From an uncultured Bdellovibrionales bacterium (GTDB lineage: Bacteria; Patescibacteriota; Minisyncoccia; Moranbacterales; UBA1568): DNA of 64,000 bases. Below the pieces are notes generated by a model. It was not told the DNA's origin. It did not search any database and saw only the letters and a program-made list of their open reading frames with translations. Shown piece by piece: positions 29,693-42,696 of this stretch. Location of the stretch: contig CAYTED010000001.1 of assembly GCA_964436855.1 (NCBI GenBank), positions 64,129 through 128,128 on the forward strand. Direction: 5' to 3'. A program made the translations under genes and the position numbers. How positions within the stretch are numbered: position 1 is the stretch's first letter; each line of letters opens with the position of its first letter.

Positions 29693-30424
29693 TTATACAA
29701 GCAAGACACTCTCAAGAAACCGTTTCAACTCCTCGCCCGCAATTTTTCGAAAGTGTCCGGGAAGCAAATGGTGAAGTCGGATATTTGCAATTCGAACGCG
29801 CTCAAGGTCAATGACGCGGCGCGACTGCGATTCGCACATACGTCGGATTTGGCGCTTCTTTCCTTCGGTCAAAATAATCGTAAAACGTTTCGGTCCGATT
29901 TGCTCAACAATGCACGGCTTCGTCAGTGTTCCGTCATCGAGTTTCACGCCGCGTGAGAGCCGCTCGACAAACACCCGATCGACCGCCTTGTCTGTTTTCA
30001 CGCAGTATTCTTTCTCGTGATTCCGGTCCGGCTCGAGCAAACTTCCCGTGAGTCGCCCATCATTCGTCAGAAGAATAAGTCCATGCGAATCTTTGTCGAG
30101 CCGCCCAACCGGATACACCTCTTCCGAAATATCGAGAATATCCGCAATACTCCGCTCTCCGTGTTTCGGGCTATGTGTGATAATCCCCTCCGGTTTGTTG
30201 AACGCGTAGTACACGAGTTTTTTTCGTTTACCGACTACTTCCACTCGATCGCTCTCTCGTACTCGGTCTCCAAGCTTCGCCTTCTCTCCGTTTATCAAAA
30301 CTTGCCCGCGTTCAATAAGTACATCCGCCTCGCGACGTGATGCGATTTTCTTCCATGCGAGATATTTGTTCACCCGCATCGGAAAAACCGGCTCGGATTG
30401 ATTGTGAGGAGGCATATGCTTCAT
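29693..30424 (-). CDS. Pseudouridine synthase, RsuA/RluB family (S4 domain + catalytic domain)
   Basis: S4 RNA-binding motif (MRVNKYLA...SRREADVLIERGQVLING) and catalytic GRLDKDSHGLILLTNDG. Confidence 0.8.
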   Translation of the reverse strand: MKHMPPHNQSEPVFPMRVNKYLAWKKIASRREADVLIERGQVLINGEKAKLGDRVRESDRVEVVGKRKKLVYYAFNKPEGIITHSPKHGERSIADILDISEEVYPVGRLDKDSHGLILLTNDGRLTGSLLEPDRNHEKEYCVKTDKAVDRVFVERLSRGVKLDDGTLTKPCIVEQIGPKRFTIILTEGKKRQIRRMCESQSRRVIDLERVRIANIRLHHLLPGHFRKIAGEELKRFLESVLLV

Positions 30425-30503
30425 ATCCGGAGAAGCATAGCACTCATTGACTTTTTAGGAAATACCGCTATACTGGAAAACCATACTTTTAATCGACTTT
30501 TCT

Positions 30504-31649
30504 ATGATTTTAAGCCTTTTTTCCGGTTTCAAGAATTTTGTTTTCAAACACAGTTTGGGAGCGTTTTTCACTCTCGCGATTCTTCTTCTTGCTTTCTTTT
30601 TTGCCCGAGAAGCCCTTACGGAGAAGTCGCCCGAGACGCCCGAAACCGCCAAGAAAGAACCTCGGTCGGTAGAAATATTCACCCCAAAAACCGATGCGAT
30701 CGAAAGCAGCGTGCTCGGAAAAATCGATCGAACCGGAACAATTATGGTCGTCTCCGCTATCGCCGGAAGAATTGATCGCCTATCGGTCAGAGAAGGCAGT
30801 CGCGTCGTCCGCGGACAAACAATCGCCACTCTCTCTCCGACCGCATTCGACAATTCATCATCACTTGCTCGAGAGCTTGCGGAAGCGCAGTACGGGACCG
30901 CACTTGAAAACAAATCTCTTCAATCGAAAAGTCTTTCGCTTGCCGAAAAAATAGCAAAAGAAGAAACGGAAAGCTCCAAGAAAGAAAAACATGCCGATCT
31001 CGATCATACCATCGGAAAAAACAATCTCGATCTCGAAATACTCGCCGCGCGATTGAATGCTGATATCGCCAAAGCGCGTGAAGCATCGATTACTCCGAAA
31101 ACCTCCGTTACCGGAACGGTAAGTGCCGTCTTTGTTTCTCCGGGAACTTTCGTGTCTCCCGGAACGCCGATTGCCGCGATCTCGGCCGAAACTGCGGAAA
31201 ACGCAAGTATCCGATCCCTTCTCCCCGCTTCGATTGCGCTTCGACTGAATCCGATTGCCACGCACACATTGCATCTTCGTTCGGGAGAATCGGTTCCACT
31301 CACGCTCGAATACGTTTCCTCGGAAGCGGTATCCGGTAATTTGTTCCAAGCAACCTTTTCTCTCTCCGACAACATCGCAAAAACAATCGGCGATTCGGTA
31401 TCGGTCGAACTCTCTCTTGTGCTGACATCGGACACTTCCTCGCCGATCATACCGCTTCGTGCCGTACGAAAAACTCGCGAAGAATCAGCCGTTCTCATTG
31501 AAAAGAACGGTCTCGCGGAAAAAAGAGTTGTCGAGCTCGGAGAAGTCATCGGAAATGCCATCAAAATAAAAAACGGGATTTCTCCGGAAGATCGCATTCT
31601 TCTCGATCGAGAAATTCTCCCAGGAGAAACAATAGCCGTAAAAGACTAA
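30504..31649 (+). CDS. Efflux transporter periplasmic adaptor (membrane fusion protein, HlyD/AcrA-like)
   Basis: N-terminal TM anchor, coiled-coil-rich middle, beta-barrel-like C-terminus; immediately upstream of an RND pump gene. Confidence 0.7.
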   Translation: MILSLFSGFKNFVFKHSLGAFFTLAILLLAFFFAREALTEKSPETPETAKKEPRSVEIFTPKTDAIESSVLGKIDRTGTIMVVSAIAGRIDRLSVREGSRVVRGQTIATLSPTAFDNSSSLARELAEAQYGTALENKSLQSKSLSLAEKIAKEETESSKKEKHADLDHTIGKNNLDLEILAARLNADIAKAREASITPKTSVTGTVSAVFVSPGTFVSPGTPIAAISAETAENASIRSLLPASIALRLNPIATHTLHLRSGESVPLTLEYVSSEAVSGNLFQATFSLSDNIAKTIGDSVSVELSLVLTSDTSSPIIPLRAVRKTREESAVLIEKNGLAEKRVVELGEVIGNAIKIKNGISPEDRILLDREILPGETIAVKD

Positions 31650-31665
31650 ATACGTCCGAATCGCT

Positions 31666-34600
31666 GTGTCATTCCAATCCCTCGACAAACTGTCTCTCGA
31701 TAACGAAACGCGAGCGAGTCGTGCCGCAAAATATTTCCGCAATATCCGGGCGGCCGTTTTGATCGCATTCACGTTTTCGGCGATTGGTCTTGCGAGTTTT
31801 TTCACGCTCCCGCGAGAACTCAATCCGGAAATTCGTATTCCGCTCGTTTTCGTTTCAACCGTTCTCACGGGCGCCGATCCGCAAGATATCGAATCGCTCG
31901 TAACCATCCCCCTCGAAGATGCTTTCGAAGGTCTCGATGGACTTGAAAAAGTTTCATCGTCTTCAAGCGCCGGCATTTCGACGATTGTCCTTGAATTTTC
32001 CTCGGGCACCGATCCCGAACAGGCAAAGGCGGACACACAGTCCGCGATCGATACCGTAACCACACTCCCGGAAGACGCCAAAGACCCCTCTCTTCACGTA
32101 CTCGATTTCCAAAACGAACCGGTTATTCAAGCGGCAACTATCGGAACAAACGGTTCGGCAACACTCGCAACGGCAAGCAAACGCATTAAAGACACACTTG
32201 AAGACATCCCCGGCGTAAAACAGGTGTCGATTTCCGGATCCGAATCGGAAGAAATCGATATCATTCTTTTTCCGGAGACACTGCAAGACAAGACTCTTTC
32301 AATTCCAGTATTGACCGACAGTATTCACCGCGCGCTGGAAAGTCTTCCTGTCGGATCGGTCGCCGAACAATCGACTTCTTTTTCCGTTGGCATCAATCCG
32401 CTCGTCACATCGGTTGAAGATTTGCAAAACCTTCCTCTCCGAATCGGAGAACACATCGAGCCGCTTTCGCATTTCGCATTCATTCGCGAATACCCGCTCC
32501 CCGAAAATGCCGCCCTTTTTGCCGGAACTCCGAACGACAAAACAAGCGAAGCGGTGTATCTTCGAATTTTCAAAACCGACGACGCGGATATTACAATAAC
32601 CGGAACAGCCGTCAAGAAAGCCATCGAACAACTCGATCGAGAACTCGGAACGAAAACATTTATCGTCTTCGACGGGCCAAAGGATGTCGAACATCAATCA
32701 AGCGATCTCACTCGGGATTTCCTGATCACGATCACCCTTGTTCTCGGTATTCTTTTTTTCTTCTTCGGTATACGCCAATCGCTCATCGCCGCACTCGCGA
32801 TTCCTTTCACGTTTCTCGTTACCTTTACGATCATGCAGGTCTATGGACTTTCAATCAGTTTCATCTCACTCTTCTCGCTTCTCCTTGCGCTCGGTATCCT
32901 CGTCGACAACGCGATCGTCATTACCGCGGCCTTTACAAGCTATTATCGATCCGGCCGTTTCACACCGATCGAAACCGCGCTTCTCGTATGGCGCGATTTT
33001 CGCGGCGTAATTTTCGCAACCACCCTCACGACCGTTTGGGCATTTGTGCCACTCCTCCTTGCGACCGGCATTATCGGCGAATTCATCCGCGCCATTCCGA
33101 TTGTCGTCTCGACATCGCTCATCGTTTCCGCGCTCGCGGCGATGTTCCTCGTGCTTCCGTTTATCGCGACACTGTTTTCGGGATCCTTCCCGTCACGTGT
33201 AACCAAATTTCTGAAATGGATCCTCGCCGGAATAATTTTCTTCGGCATCATATTTTTCGTTCCCTCGGGAAAAAACTCTTTTCTTCTTTCGATTGATCTC
33301 CTCCTGTGGGTTGGCGTTCTCTATTTCGGATGGAGACTCCTCCGAAAAGAATGGCCGTCGCTCTCGTTCCGGTACCCGTCACTGAAAACATACACCGCTT
33401 TCTTTCGGCGTTTCGCGGATCACGGTCTTGTCTCGCTTGATCCGATCGCCAAACGATACGAAGCATTTATTCACACACTCCTCGAAAATCGTTCATCGCG
33501 AAGAAAGGCATTTGTGATTGTCATCGGTACGGCGGTTTTTTCGTATCTCCTCTTTCCGCTCGGCTTTGTGGTAAACGAATTCTTTCCGAAAAGCGACGAG
33601 AACTTTCTCTTTATCGGCATCGAACTTCCCGAAGGAACCACCCAGGAACAGAGCGAGAAAATCGGCCGATCGGTTATCGATACCGTCCGTGATATTCCGG
33701 AGATTTCCATTATTACGACCGAAGTCGGACAAGTTGTACCGCAGGGCGGCGGCGCAAGTTCGAATGCCGGCGCAAACCGAACCCTTGGAACCGTCCGCTT
33801 GATCCCGAAAGAAGATCGAGAGCGATCGGTATTTGAAGTGGCAAAAGAAATCGAACAACGAATGCAAAATTTTCCATCCGGGAAAATATCCGTTACCGTT
33901 CTTTCGGGAGGACCGCCGGCCGGAAGCGATATCGAAGTCAAACTTCGCGGTCCGGAATTCGATATCCTCGAGGAAAAAAGCCTTATGGTTTCCGAATGGC
34001 TCTCTTCACAGCCGGGCATTTCCAATGTACGCATCTCACCCGAATCAGGATCCGGAAAGCTTGTCTTCCATCCGGATATGGGAATACTCGCCGCACATGG
34101 CATTTCTCTTGATTCGATCGGACTCTTGCTCCGCACCGCCTCGGACGGCTTTACCATAAAAGACGATCTCCATCTCGAGGGCGGCGATGAGCGACACGAA
34201 GTGAATATTCGACTCACACCGAATCGAGAAGCCAGCCCGTCGCTTTTTGAGACAATCCCCATTCCCGCCGGAAACGGATCATACCTTCCCCTTTCTTCGC
34301 TCGGACACTTCGAACTCGAAGAAAGTCCATCACTCATTACCCGTGAAGATGGCAAACGAACCATTTCTGTTTCCGCGTCCGTCGCAAAAGGTATCTCGGT
34401 AAGCGAAACAAACGCAAACCTTCTCGCCTTCCTCGGTACCGAGACATTCCCCTCCGGATACGATTATCGAACGGGCGGCGTCAACGAAGAGAACGAAAAA
34501 TCCGTTCAATCCATTCTTCTTGCAATGATCCTTTCCTCCTTCCTCATTTTCGGAACTATGGTACTCCAACTCGGATCGTACCGAAAAGCAATGATCGTTC

Positions 34601-34986
34601 TCCTTGTTATTCCGCTTGCGGTATCTGGCGTTTTTCTTATTTTTGCGTTCGGAAAAATCCCTCTCTCTTTCCCTGCGCTCATTGGCGTCCTCGCACTCTT
34701 CGGCATCGTCGTCAACAACTCGATCATTATGGTCGACAAAATCAACAAAAACCTCGACCATAATATGCCGGTTATCGAAGCGATCGCCGATGGCGCCGCA
34801 AGCCGTCTCGAACCGATTCTTCTCACCGCGATAACAACGATTGTCGGTCTTATTCCGATCACTCTCTCCGATCCGATCTGGCAAGGGCTCGGCGGCGCTA
34901 TTATCGCCGGACTCCTTCTTTCTGGCGTGATGAAACTCTTCTTCATCCCCCTCATCTACCACGCTTGGTTTGCGGAAACAAAATAA
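31666..34986 (+). CDS. RND-family efflux transporter permease (AcrB/MMPL-like)
   Basis: 1106 aa with 12 TM helices in a 1+5/1+5 arrangement separated by large loop domains; conserved TM4-like region (VDNAIV). Confidence 0.85.
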   Translation: MSFQSLDKLSLDNETRASRAAKYFRNIRAAVLIAFTFSAIGLASFFTLPRELNPEIRIPLVFVSTVLTGADPQDIESLVTIPLEDAFEGLDGLEKVSSSSSAGISTIVLEFSSGTDPEQAKADTQSAIDTVTTLPEDAKDPSLHVLDFQNEPVIQAATIGTNGSATLATASKRIKDTLEDIPGVKQVSISGSESEEIDIILFPETLQDKTLSIPVLTDSIHRALESLPVGSVAEQSTSFSVGINPLVTSVEDLQNLPLRIGEHIEPLSHFAFIREYPLPENAALFAGTPNDKTSEAVYLRIFKTDDADITITGTAVKKAIEQLDRELGTKTFIVFDGPKDVEHQSSDLTRDFLITITLVLGILFFFFGIRQSLIAALAIPFTFLVTFTIMQVYGLSISFISLFSLLLALGILVDNAIVITAAFTSYYRSGRFTPIETALLVWRDFRGVIFATTLTTVWAFVPLLLATGIIGEFIRAIPIVVSTSLIVSALAAMFLVLPFIATLFSGSFPSRVTKFLKWILAGIIFFGIIFFVPSGKNSFLLSIDLLLWVGVLYFGWRLLRKEWPSLSFRYPSLKTYTAFFRRFADHGLVSLDPIAKRYEAFIHTLLENRSSRRKAFVIVIGTAVFSYLLFPLGFVVNEFFPKSDENFLFIGIELPEGTTQEQSEKIGRSVIDTVRDIPEISIITTEVGQVVPQGGGASSNAGANRTLGTVRLIPKEDRERSVFEVAKEIEQRMQNFPSGKISVTVLSGGPPAGSDIEVKLRGPEFDILEEKSLMVSEWLSSQPGISNVRISPESGSGKLVFHPDMGILAAHGISLDSIGLLLRTASDGFTIKDDLHLEGGDERHEVNIRLTPNREASPSLFETIPIPAGNGSYLPLSSLGHFELEESPSLITREDGKRTISVSASVAKGISVSETNANLLAFLGTETFPSGYDYRTGGVNEENEKSVQSILLAMILSSFLIFGTMVLQLGSYRKAMIVLLVIPLAVSGVFLIFAFGKIPLSFPALIGVLALFGIVVNNSIIMVDKINKNLDHNMPVIEAIADGAASRLEPILLTAITTIVGLIPITLSDPIWQGLGGAIIAGLLLSGVMKLFFIPLIYHAWFAETK

Positions 34987-34987
34987 A

Positions 34988-35013
34988 TACGGTGGAAAGA
35001 CCACTGTATTTTA
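34988..35013. terminator. Putative bidirectional terminator between convergent genes
   Basis: ACGGTGGAAAGACCACTGT hairpin flanked by A/T runs, in the 35-nt gap between the RND stop and the xth stop. Confidence 0.45.
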
Positions 35014-35020
35014 GTGTATT

Positions 35021-35806
35021 TTAAGGAAAAAAAGTTATCCCGACCGGACAATGGTCCGATCCGTATACCTGATCGAGAATAAAAGCGTCTTTCGTTTTTT
35101 TCGAGAGCGTTTCGTCGGTAAAGAAATAATCGATCCGCCAACCGACATTCCGTTCGCGCGCGCGCGTTTTCATATCCCACCACGAATACTGCACCTTTTT
35201 CGGATACAGAGTCCGAAATGAATCGGAAAATCCGATCGCGGGGAGTGTATCCATCCACGACCGCTCGACCGGCAAAAACCCGGAAATTTTTTCATTTTCT
35301 TTCGGACGGGAAAGATCAATTTCATGGTGTGCGGTGTTGACATCGCCGCAAAAAAGCACCGGCTTCCCGATTTCTTTCAACTGTAACAGATATTCGTAAA
35401 ACTCATCGTAAAACCGAAGTTTATACTGCAGTCGCTCATCACCGGAACCACCGTTGGGGAAATAAATATTCAGGAGAACGAAGGTTGGAAACTCAAGTTC
35501 GATCACTCGTCCCTCACGAGAGAGAAGATTTTTCCCAAAGTCCGTCTTCACGGCAATCGGTTCTTCTTTCGAATACACCGCGACTCCGCTATACCCTTTT
35601 CGCTCCGTACAGCCGTGCCAATACGAAACATATCCGTTCGGAGAAAGAAGTTTATCCGATAGCACGCCCTCGTCTGCCACCTTGGTTTCCTGCACGCAAA
35701 CAATATCGTATTCGGCCTTCTCGAGCCACTCGACAAACCCTTTCTTTTCCGCCGCACGAATACCATTCACGTTCCATGAAAGAATAGTGATCTCTTTTTT
35801 CTTCAT
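35021..35806 (-). CDS. xth: Exodeoxyribonuclease III (AP endonuclease)
   Basis: ITILSWNVNGIRA...DIVCVQETK N-terminal motif and C-terminal SDHCPV; start set at MKKKEIT. Confidence 0.85.
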   Translation of the reverse strand: MKKKEITILSWNVNGIRAAEKKGFVEWLEKAEYDIVCVQETKVADEGVLSDKLLSPNGYVSYWHGCTERKGYSGVAVYSKEEPIAVKTDFGKNLLSREGRVIELEFPTFVLLNIYFPNGGSGDERLQYKLRFYDEFYEYLLQLKEIGKPVLFCGDVNTAHHEIDLSRPKENEKISGFLPVERSWMDTLPAIGFSDSFRTLYPKKVQYSWWDMKTRARERNVGWRIDYFFTDETLSKKTKDAFILDQVYGSDHCPVGITFFP

Positions 35807-36105
35807 ATACGGACAGAGTAAAGCAATCGGGACAAAAAGAAAAGGCGCCGGCGAGACTCGATCGACCGGTACCATCTTCTTTGGTGAAAATCAGGTTGGG
35901 TGCCGATCGAAAATCGGCATCATTCCAAACCCGAAAATTCCGATACAGCACAGCACGTTCGCGAGAACGAGATACTGTAATCCCATTGAAAAAACCGATA
36001 TACGTTCCAAGAGTGAGTAGTCCGCCCAAGGAGGCAACGCCGTTAAAGAATCGACAGACACTCTTCATGCCCACAACCCCTAATTGCTCACAAAACACCC
36101 CTACC

Positions 36106-37281
36106 TTACTCCTCTCGGCGGTTTTTTTCAAGCGCCCACGTGTTTCCCGAAAGCGTCAGCACAAGTTCGTCAAGCTCTTTCTGTCGACGCTTTTTTTCAA
36201 GAAGCGAGACATCATCGGCGAGTTTCGCGCCCGATGTTCCCGGTCGCGGCGAATACCATGCGATATACGCTTTCTCAAACTTTACCCGTTCCGCGACTTT
36301 TTTGGATTCCTCGAAATCCTCGAGCGTCTCCCCGGGAAACCCGACAATAATATCTGTCGTAAATTTCGCGTCCGGAATATTTTCAAGAATCCGCTCGATA
36401 AGAGAAAGATATTCCGCCTGCGTGTACCACCGATTCATCGCCTGCAGCATGCGATCACTTCCCGACTGCACCGGCAGGTGAATCAGCCGATCAATATTTG
36501 CGTTCCGCGCAATAACACGAATGAGTTCATCCGAAAAATCCCACGGATTCGATGAAACGAAAGAAACTTTCTTTACACCGGAAATATTCGCCACACGTTC
36601 AAGGAGCTGCGGAAAAAGCGTCGGAATGCGATGTCGATTGAGATGCTTCACTAAAACCGGCTTCACAATCGTTCCGTCCGGAAGTGTATACGTCTCCTCA
36701 TTGCCTATTTTTTCGAGCAAAAAATCCGCTCCGTACGAATTGACATTCTGCCCGAGAAGAAAAATCTCCTCCGCTCCGCTTGCAACCGCCTCTTCCGCTT
36801 CGGAAACAATCTCATCAAACGGACGTGACCATTCCTTTCCGCGCGAAAACGGCACAATGCAATACGAGCAGAAATTATTACACCCATTCGAAATCGGAAT
36901 CGACGCAAGTGTCCGAATAGATCGTTTCGGCATATGCTCGAACCCCACCTCCTCCAATGGAAGAAATTCCACATCTGGCATTCGCTTCCGCAATTTTTTC
37001 ATCATTTTTCCCGATGGCTCGCGCGACGCCGCTCCAATCAGACACCCCGTAATCACGATATGCGCATTTTGTTTCCCCTTTTTTCCCTCGCGAATATTTT
37101 TCACCAAACCATGCACCTTTTCTTCCGCCCGTTCTCGAACCACGCACGTATTGATGACAATCGTATCCGCGTCATTCAAATTTTCAGTCGGCACAAAACC
37201 ACGCGACTCATACAAGCTCGCGATACGCTCCGAATCCGCCACATTCTGCTGACACCCAAAAGTTTGAATAAAGTATTTCAT
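36106..37281 (-). CDS. miaB: MiaB-family radical-SAM tRNA methylthiotransferase
   Basis: N-terminal MTTase domain (TFGCQQN...INTCVVRERAEEK) and radical SAM CNNFCSYCIVP; start set at MKYFIQTFGC. Confidence 0.8.
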   Translation of the reverse strand: MKYFIQTFGCQQNVADSERIASLYESRGFVPTENLNDADTIVINTCVVRERAEEKVHGLVKNIREGKKGKQNAHIVITGCLIGAASREPSGKMMKKLRKRMPDVEFLPLEEVGFEHMPKRSIRTLASIPISNGCNNFCSYCIVPFSRGKEWSRPFDEIVSEAEEAVASGAEEIFLLGQNVNSYGADFLLEKIGNEETYTLPDGTIVKPVLVKHLNRHRIPTLFPQLLERVANISGVKKVSFVSSNPWDFSDELIRVIARNANIDRLIHLPVQSGSDRMLQAMNRWYTQAEYLSLIERILENIPDAKFTTDIIVGFPGETLEDFEESKKVAERVKFEKAYIAWYSPRPGTSGAKLADDVSLLEKKRRQKELDELVLTLSGNTWALEKNRREE

Positions 37282-37302
37282 AAGTACCACATTGTACCCC
37301 AA

Positions 37303-37333
37303 AACAAAGAAAAAAGGAAGGGTCTAACTTCCT
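37303..37333 (-). terminator. Putative rho-independent terminator after pilB
   Basis: On the minus strand: AGGAAGUUAGACCCUUCCU hairpin followed by a U-rich tract. Confidence 0.45.
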
Positions 37334-37376
37334 CTTGTTCAAGTATGCATCATCCGGCAACCAATATCCGGCTTTT

Positions 37377-39134
37377 TTATTCCTTCGTCGCGCGCATCAC
37401 TTCTTCAAGCGAGGTCATCCCCTGCACACATTTCGAAAAACCGTCCTCGACCATAGTCGCCATTCCATTCTCGAACCGGGCACATTTTTCAAGCTCCTCT
37501 GTCGTCGCGGACTGCGAGACAAACTTTCGAATATTCGATTCCATTCCAAGCACTTCGTAGATACCCATCCGACCGCGATACCCTTCCCCGCCACACTGAT
37601 CGCACCCTTCCGCCTGATAGAAATCGATATCTGCCCACCCCTTCGCCTTCTCGACAAATTTTTTCGACTCTTTATGCTTTTTTAAAAACGTAAGAATCGC
37701 ATCGATATCGTAATACTTTCCAAGTGATTCGATCTGTTTTTCGTCCATTTTGTACGGTTTCCGACAATCCGGACAAAGTCGCCGCACGAGACGCTGACCA
37801 ATAATAACATTTACCGTGGAGGCAATGAGAAATGCCTCCGCACCCATATCAAGCATACGCGGCAACGTCGCCGCCGCACTGTTTGTATGAAGCGTCGAGA
37901 GAACAAGGTGTCCTGTCATTGCTGCGTGCATCGCGATCTCGAGCGTCTCACCATCGCGAATTTCACCAACCATAATAATATCCGGATCTTGCCGAAGAAG
38001 TGCCCGGAGTCCTGCCGCAAAGGTCATCCCGACTTTCGGATTGATTTGTGTCTGATTCACGCGCGACATCCGATATTCCACCGGATCTTCAACCGTCGAA
38101 ATATTCACGTCCGGTGTATTCAAAATATCCATCGCTGTATAGAGCGTCGTCGTCTTTCCGCTTCCCGTCGGTCCCGTCACAAGGATCATCCCGTTTGGCT
38201 TGTTCATTTCGCGCTGAATCGTCTCGAGCGCATCGGAAGAGAGTCCCATTTTTTCAAGCGTGAGTCCACTCGACGATTCATTAAGAAGTCGCATCACAAT
38301 TTTTTCCCCATCAAAAATCGGGAGAATACTGACACGAAACGAAATCTTATATTCGTATTTTTCTATTTTAAACCGACCATCTTGTGGAGTACGGTGTTCA
38401 TCGAGTTTTAAATTCGAAAGGACCTTGATACGCGCGACAATTCCCGCTGCCGTATCCTTTGGAAGCGTCATCGCATCGTGCAAGACACCGTCAATCCGAT
38501 ACCGAACGCGCACTTCTTTTTCATCCGGTTCGATATGAATATCTGACGCCTGCTGTAAAATGGCATGCTTGAGCAGTGTATCAACAACGCGAATAATCGG
38601 GAGTCCCGCCGCCATTTTTTCAAGGTTTTCCCCCTTCTCCCCACTCTCTTCATCACCGGATTTCACCTTATCCGTAAGAATCTCTCCGAACTCCGCTTCG
38701 AGACTTCGTCCATACTGAAGGAGAATGGATTGGATACTCTCCTTAGTTGTGAGGCACGGAATAATTTTCAAACCCGTCTTCTTTTTGATAAAATCGATCG
38801 TCTGAAGATCCTCCGGATTGAGCATGGCAACCTTCAAATTGGCACCAGATTTTTCAAATGCCACAATATTCGATTTTTTGGCAATCAATTCGGGAATAAT
38901 ATGCAGCACATCTTGTGCAACCGTTTCTTTGGAAAGATCCACAAAAGGAATACCAAGCACGTAGGCATATACTTTCTGCAAATCCGCTTCGGTAACAAGT
39001 TTTTTCTCAAGCAGTACCGCACCAAGATCTGCTTGCGCCTTGGTTGCTTCCGCGAAAGACAATTCCAAGTCTTCTTTTTTTACAAGATTCGAGTCCTCAA
39101 GAAATTCTTTCAATTGAACATTACTGACACGCAT
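37377..39134 (-). CDS. pilB: Type IV pilus assembly ATPase PilB (GspE family)
   Basis: GspE N-domain, Walker A LVTGPTGSGKTTTLY, Asp/His boxes and the C-terminal tetra-Cys CDQCGGEGYRG; start set at MRVSNVQL. Confidence 0.85.
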   Translation of the reverse strand: MRVSNVQLKEFLEDSNLVKKEDLELSFAEATKAQADLGAVLLEKKLVTEADLQKVYAYVLGIPFVDLSKETVAQDVLHIIPELIAKKSNIVAFEKSGANLKVAMLNPEDLQTIDFIKKKTGLKIIPCLTTKESIQSILLQYGRSLEAEFGEILTDKVKSGDEESGEKGENLEKMAAGLPIIRVVDTLLKHAILQQASDIHIEPDEKEVRVRYRIDGVLHDAMTLPKDTAAGIVARIKVLSNLKLDEHRTPQDGRFKIEKYEYKISFRVSILPIFDGEKIVMRLLNESSSGLTLEKMGLSSDALETIQREMNKPNGMILVTGPTGSGKTTTLYTAMDILNTPDVNISTVEDPVEYRMSRVNQTQINPKVGMTFAAGLRALLRQDPDIIMVGEIRDGETLEIAMHAAMTGHLVLSTLHTNSAAATLPRMLDMGAEAFLIASTVNVIIGQRLVRRLCPDCRKPYKMDEKQIESLGKYYDIDAILTFLKKHKESKKFVEKAKGWADIDFYQAEGCDQCGGEGYRGRMGIYEVLGMESNIRKFVSQSATTEELEKCARFENGMATMVEDGFSKCVQGMTSLEEVMRATKE

Positions 39135-39322
39135 AAGTGTTTGTTTTTTACTGAAAGCCTGTTGAGAAAATCCGTTTTCTACTGTAACCTCGAAACTTCG
39201 ACTGCGCACTCCTGATCTTCCGCCCTCCCAAAATCTCGAAAGCTTTCGCTCAAAATTTCAGAATTGTGTGACAAAAGAAATTTTCTCAACAGACTCTTAT
39301 AAAAAGTATATCATTTTTCGCA

Positions 39323-39353
39323 CGAAAAAACAGCTCCGATCAACCGAAGCTGC
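39323..39353 (-). terminator. Rho-independent terminator of groEL
   Basis: On the minus strand: CAGCUUCGGUUGAUCGGAGCUG hairpin followed by UUUUUU, 40 nt after the groEL stop. Confidence 0.55.
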
Positions 39354-39392
39354 TCTTTCCTTCTCGGATCTCTCGAAACTACTCTCCTAAGC

Positions 39393-41123
<1,731 letters not shown>

Positions 41124-41516
41124 GCGCGTCCCGATGAGATGAACCATCGGGGACCTGTCTCGGTTACGCATTGATCCGCCTCACAATACCATAAAAATTC
41201 AAAAATTCCCTCAACATTCGCTCGTACGTTTAGAGAGTACAATAACCATCCAGCGGAAGAAGAAAAAGAAAAAAATAAGGTTGCAATCTTTTCATCAAAT
41301 AGAAAATAGATTTTCTCTAGTTTAAAGAATTATGTATATCACAACGGAAATATTCTATATGAAAATACCACCAAAAAAAGATTCTTGAATGCCGAAACAA
41401 GAGACTTCTTTTGCGAAAAAGAAAACCTCTTCTGCATTGTCCCTTCTTGTGTTTTGACGCGTCGGATATATCCTTCCCGATCCCTTGAGTATATCGTACC
41501 AGAAAGCGAAAAAGAG

Positions 41517-42569
41517 TTATATTTTGAAGACAATAACATCGCCATCCTGGACGACATATTCTTTTCCTTCCAAACGAAGTACTCCTTGCTCACGAGCAGC
41601 CGACCATGATCCGGAAACAATCAATGCCTCCCAAAAAATCACTTCGGCACGAATGAATTTTTCTTTGAAATCATTATGAATGGCCGTTCCTGCCTCTGGC
41701 GCGGTCGAACCCTGCCGCACGGTCCACGCACGCGTCTCTTCCTCCCCGGTCGTAAAATAAGTCATCAGACCAAGCAGCGAATAAGTTTCACGAATCAACT
41801 CCGAAAGTCGCGATTCTATGCCAAGTTCTTGCGCATCCTCCAAAGACATCTCATTCAACTCTTCTTCGAGCTTTATATCGAGACGTACATGCGGACGAGC
41901 AGCAAGTTCACTCGGAAGCGCTGCATCGATATTCGACATATTATAGACATAGAGAAATGGTTTCGCGGTAAGAAGCGACAACTCCTTCAGAAGTCGTTTC
42001 GTATCATCAGAATTCCCCGAGAGCGGTATCGCATTCGCGAGCATCCCCGCCTCGAGTCCTCTTATAAGCTCTTCGAGATGCTTCATTTCCTCCGCAGCGC
42101 CTTTTTTATTTGCGCGCACTTCTTTGATTGTTTTTTCTTTCCGTTTCGTCACCGTCTCGAGATCGGCGAGCAAGAGTTCCGTATTGATAATATCAATATC
42201 ATGTACCGGATCGATTGTATTATGAACGTGAATAATATCCGGATTTTCAAAAACACGGACGACCTGCACAATCGCATCCACCTCCCGAATATTCGCAAGA
42301 AATTTATTCCCCAATCCCTCACCCTCACTCGCACCCTTCACGAGACCGGCAATATCTACAAATTCAACCACCGCCGGGAGAATCCGCTTGGACCCGGAGA
42401 GTTTCGAAAGCGCTTCGAGACGATGATCCGGAACCGTCACAATACCGACATTTGGTTCGATAGTGCAAAATGGATAATTTTGAATATCGACCGCTTTTCG
42501 GGTCAATGCTTTAAAAAGGGTGGACTTTCCGACATTCGGAAGCCCGACAATACCCGCCTGAAGAGCCAT
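41517..42569 (-). CDS. ychF: Ribosome-binding ATPase YchF (Obg-family GTPase)
   Basis: [24 protein letters not shown]1 motif and C-terminal TGS domain; start set at MALQ. Confidence 0.85.
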   Translation of the reverse strand: MALQAGIVGLPNVGKSTLFKALTRKAVDIQNYPFCTIEPNVGIVTVPDHRLEALSKLSGSKRILPAVVEFVDIAGLVKGASEGEGLGNKFLANIREVDAIVQVVRVFENPDIIHVHNTIDPVHDIDIINTELLLADLETVTKRKEKTIKEVRANKKGAAEEMKHLEELIRGLEAGMLANAIPLSGNSDDTKRLLKELSLLTAKPFLYVYNMSNIDAALPSELAARPHVRLDIKLEEELNEMSLEDAQELGIESRLSELIRETYSLLGLMTYFTTGEEETRAWTVRQGSTAPEAGTAIHNDFKEKFIRAEVIFWEALIVSGSWSAAREQGVLRLEGKEYVVQDGDVIVFKI

Positions 42570-42696
42570 ATTTCCAGAACACTCAAAACTTAAACGAAAA
42601 GCGAAAATCACTCGCAATGATACTGATTCTTTCAAGGATTCCAAACTCCGTCAAGAAAATGGTATACTGGAAAACGAAACCTGTAACGAATATGTT

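Noticed and set aside
31004-32081. Several 160-200-aa minus-strand ORFs overlapping the MFP/RND genes
   Set aside because: They are antisense to a confidently called RND efflux pair, are Ser/Arg-rich, and mutually overlap in different frames.
35881-36555. 224-aa + strand ORF across the xth-miaB junction
   Set aside because: It overlaps the 3' half of miaB in antisense, is Arg-rich, and has no ribosome-binding site or motif.
41339-41620. 93-aa minus-strand ORF upstream of groEL, considered as a possible groES
   Set aside because: It has no GroES mobile-loop or roof motifs, overlaps the ychF C-terminus, and the groEL promoter/CIRCE sits directly at groEL. So groEL is monocistronic here.
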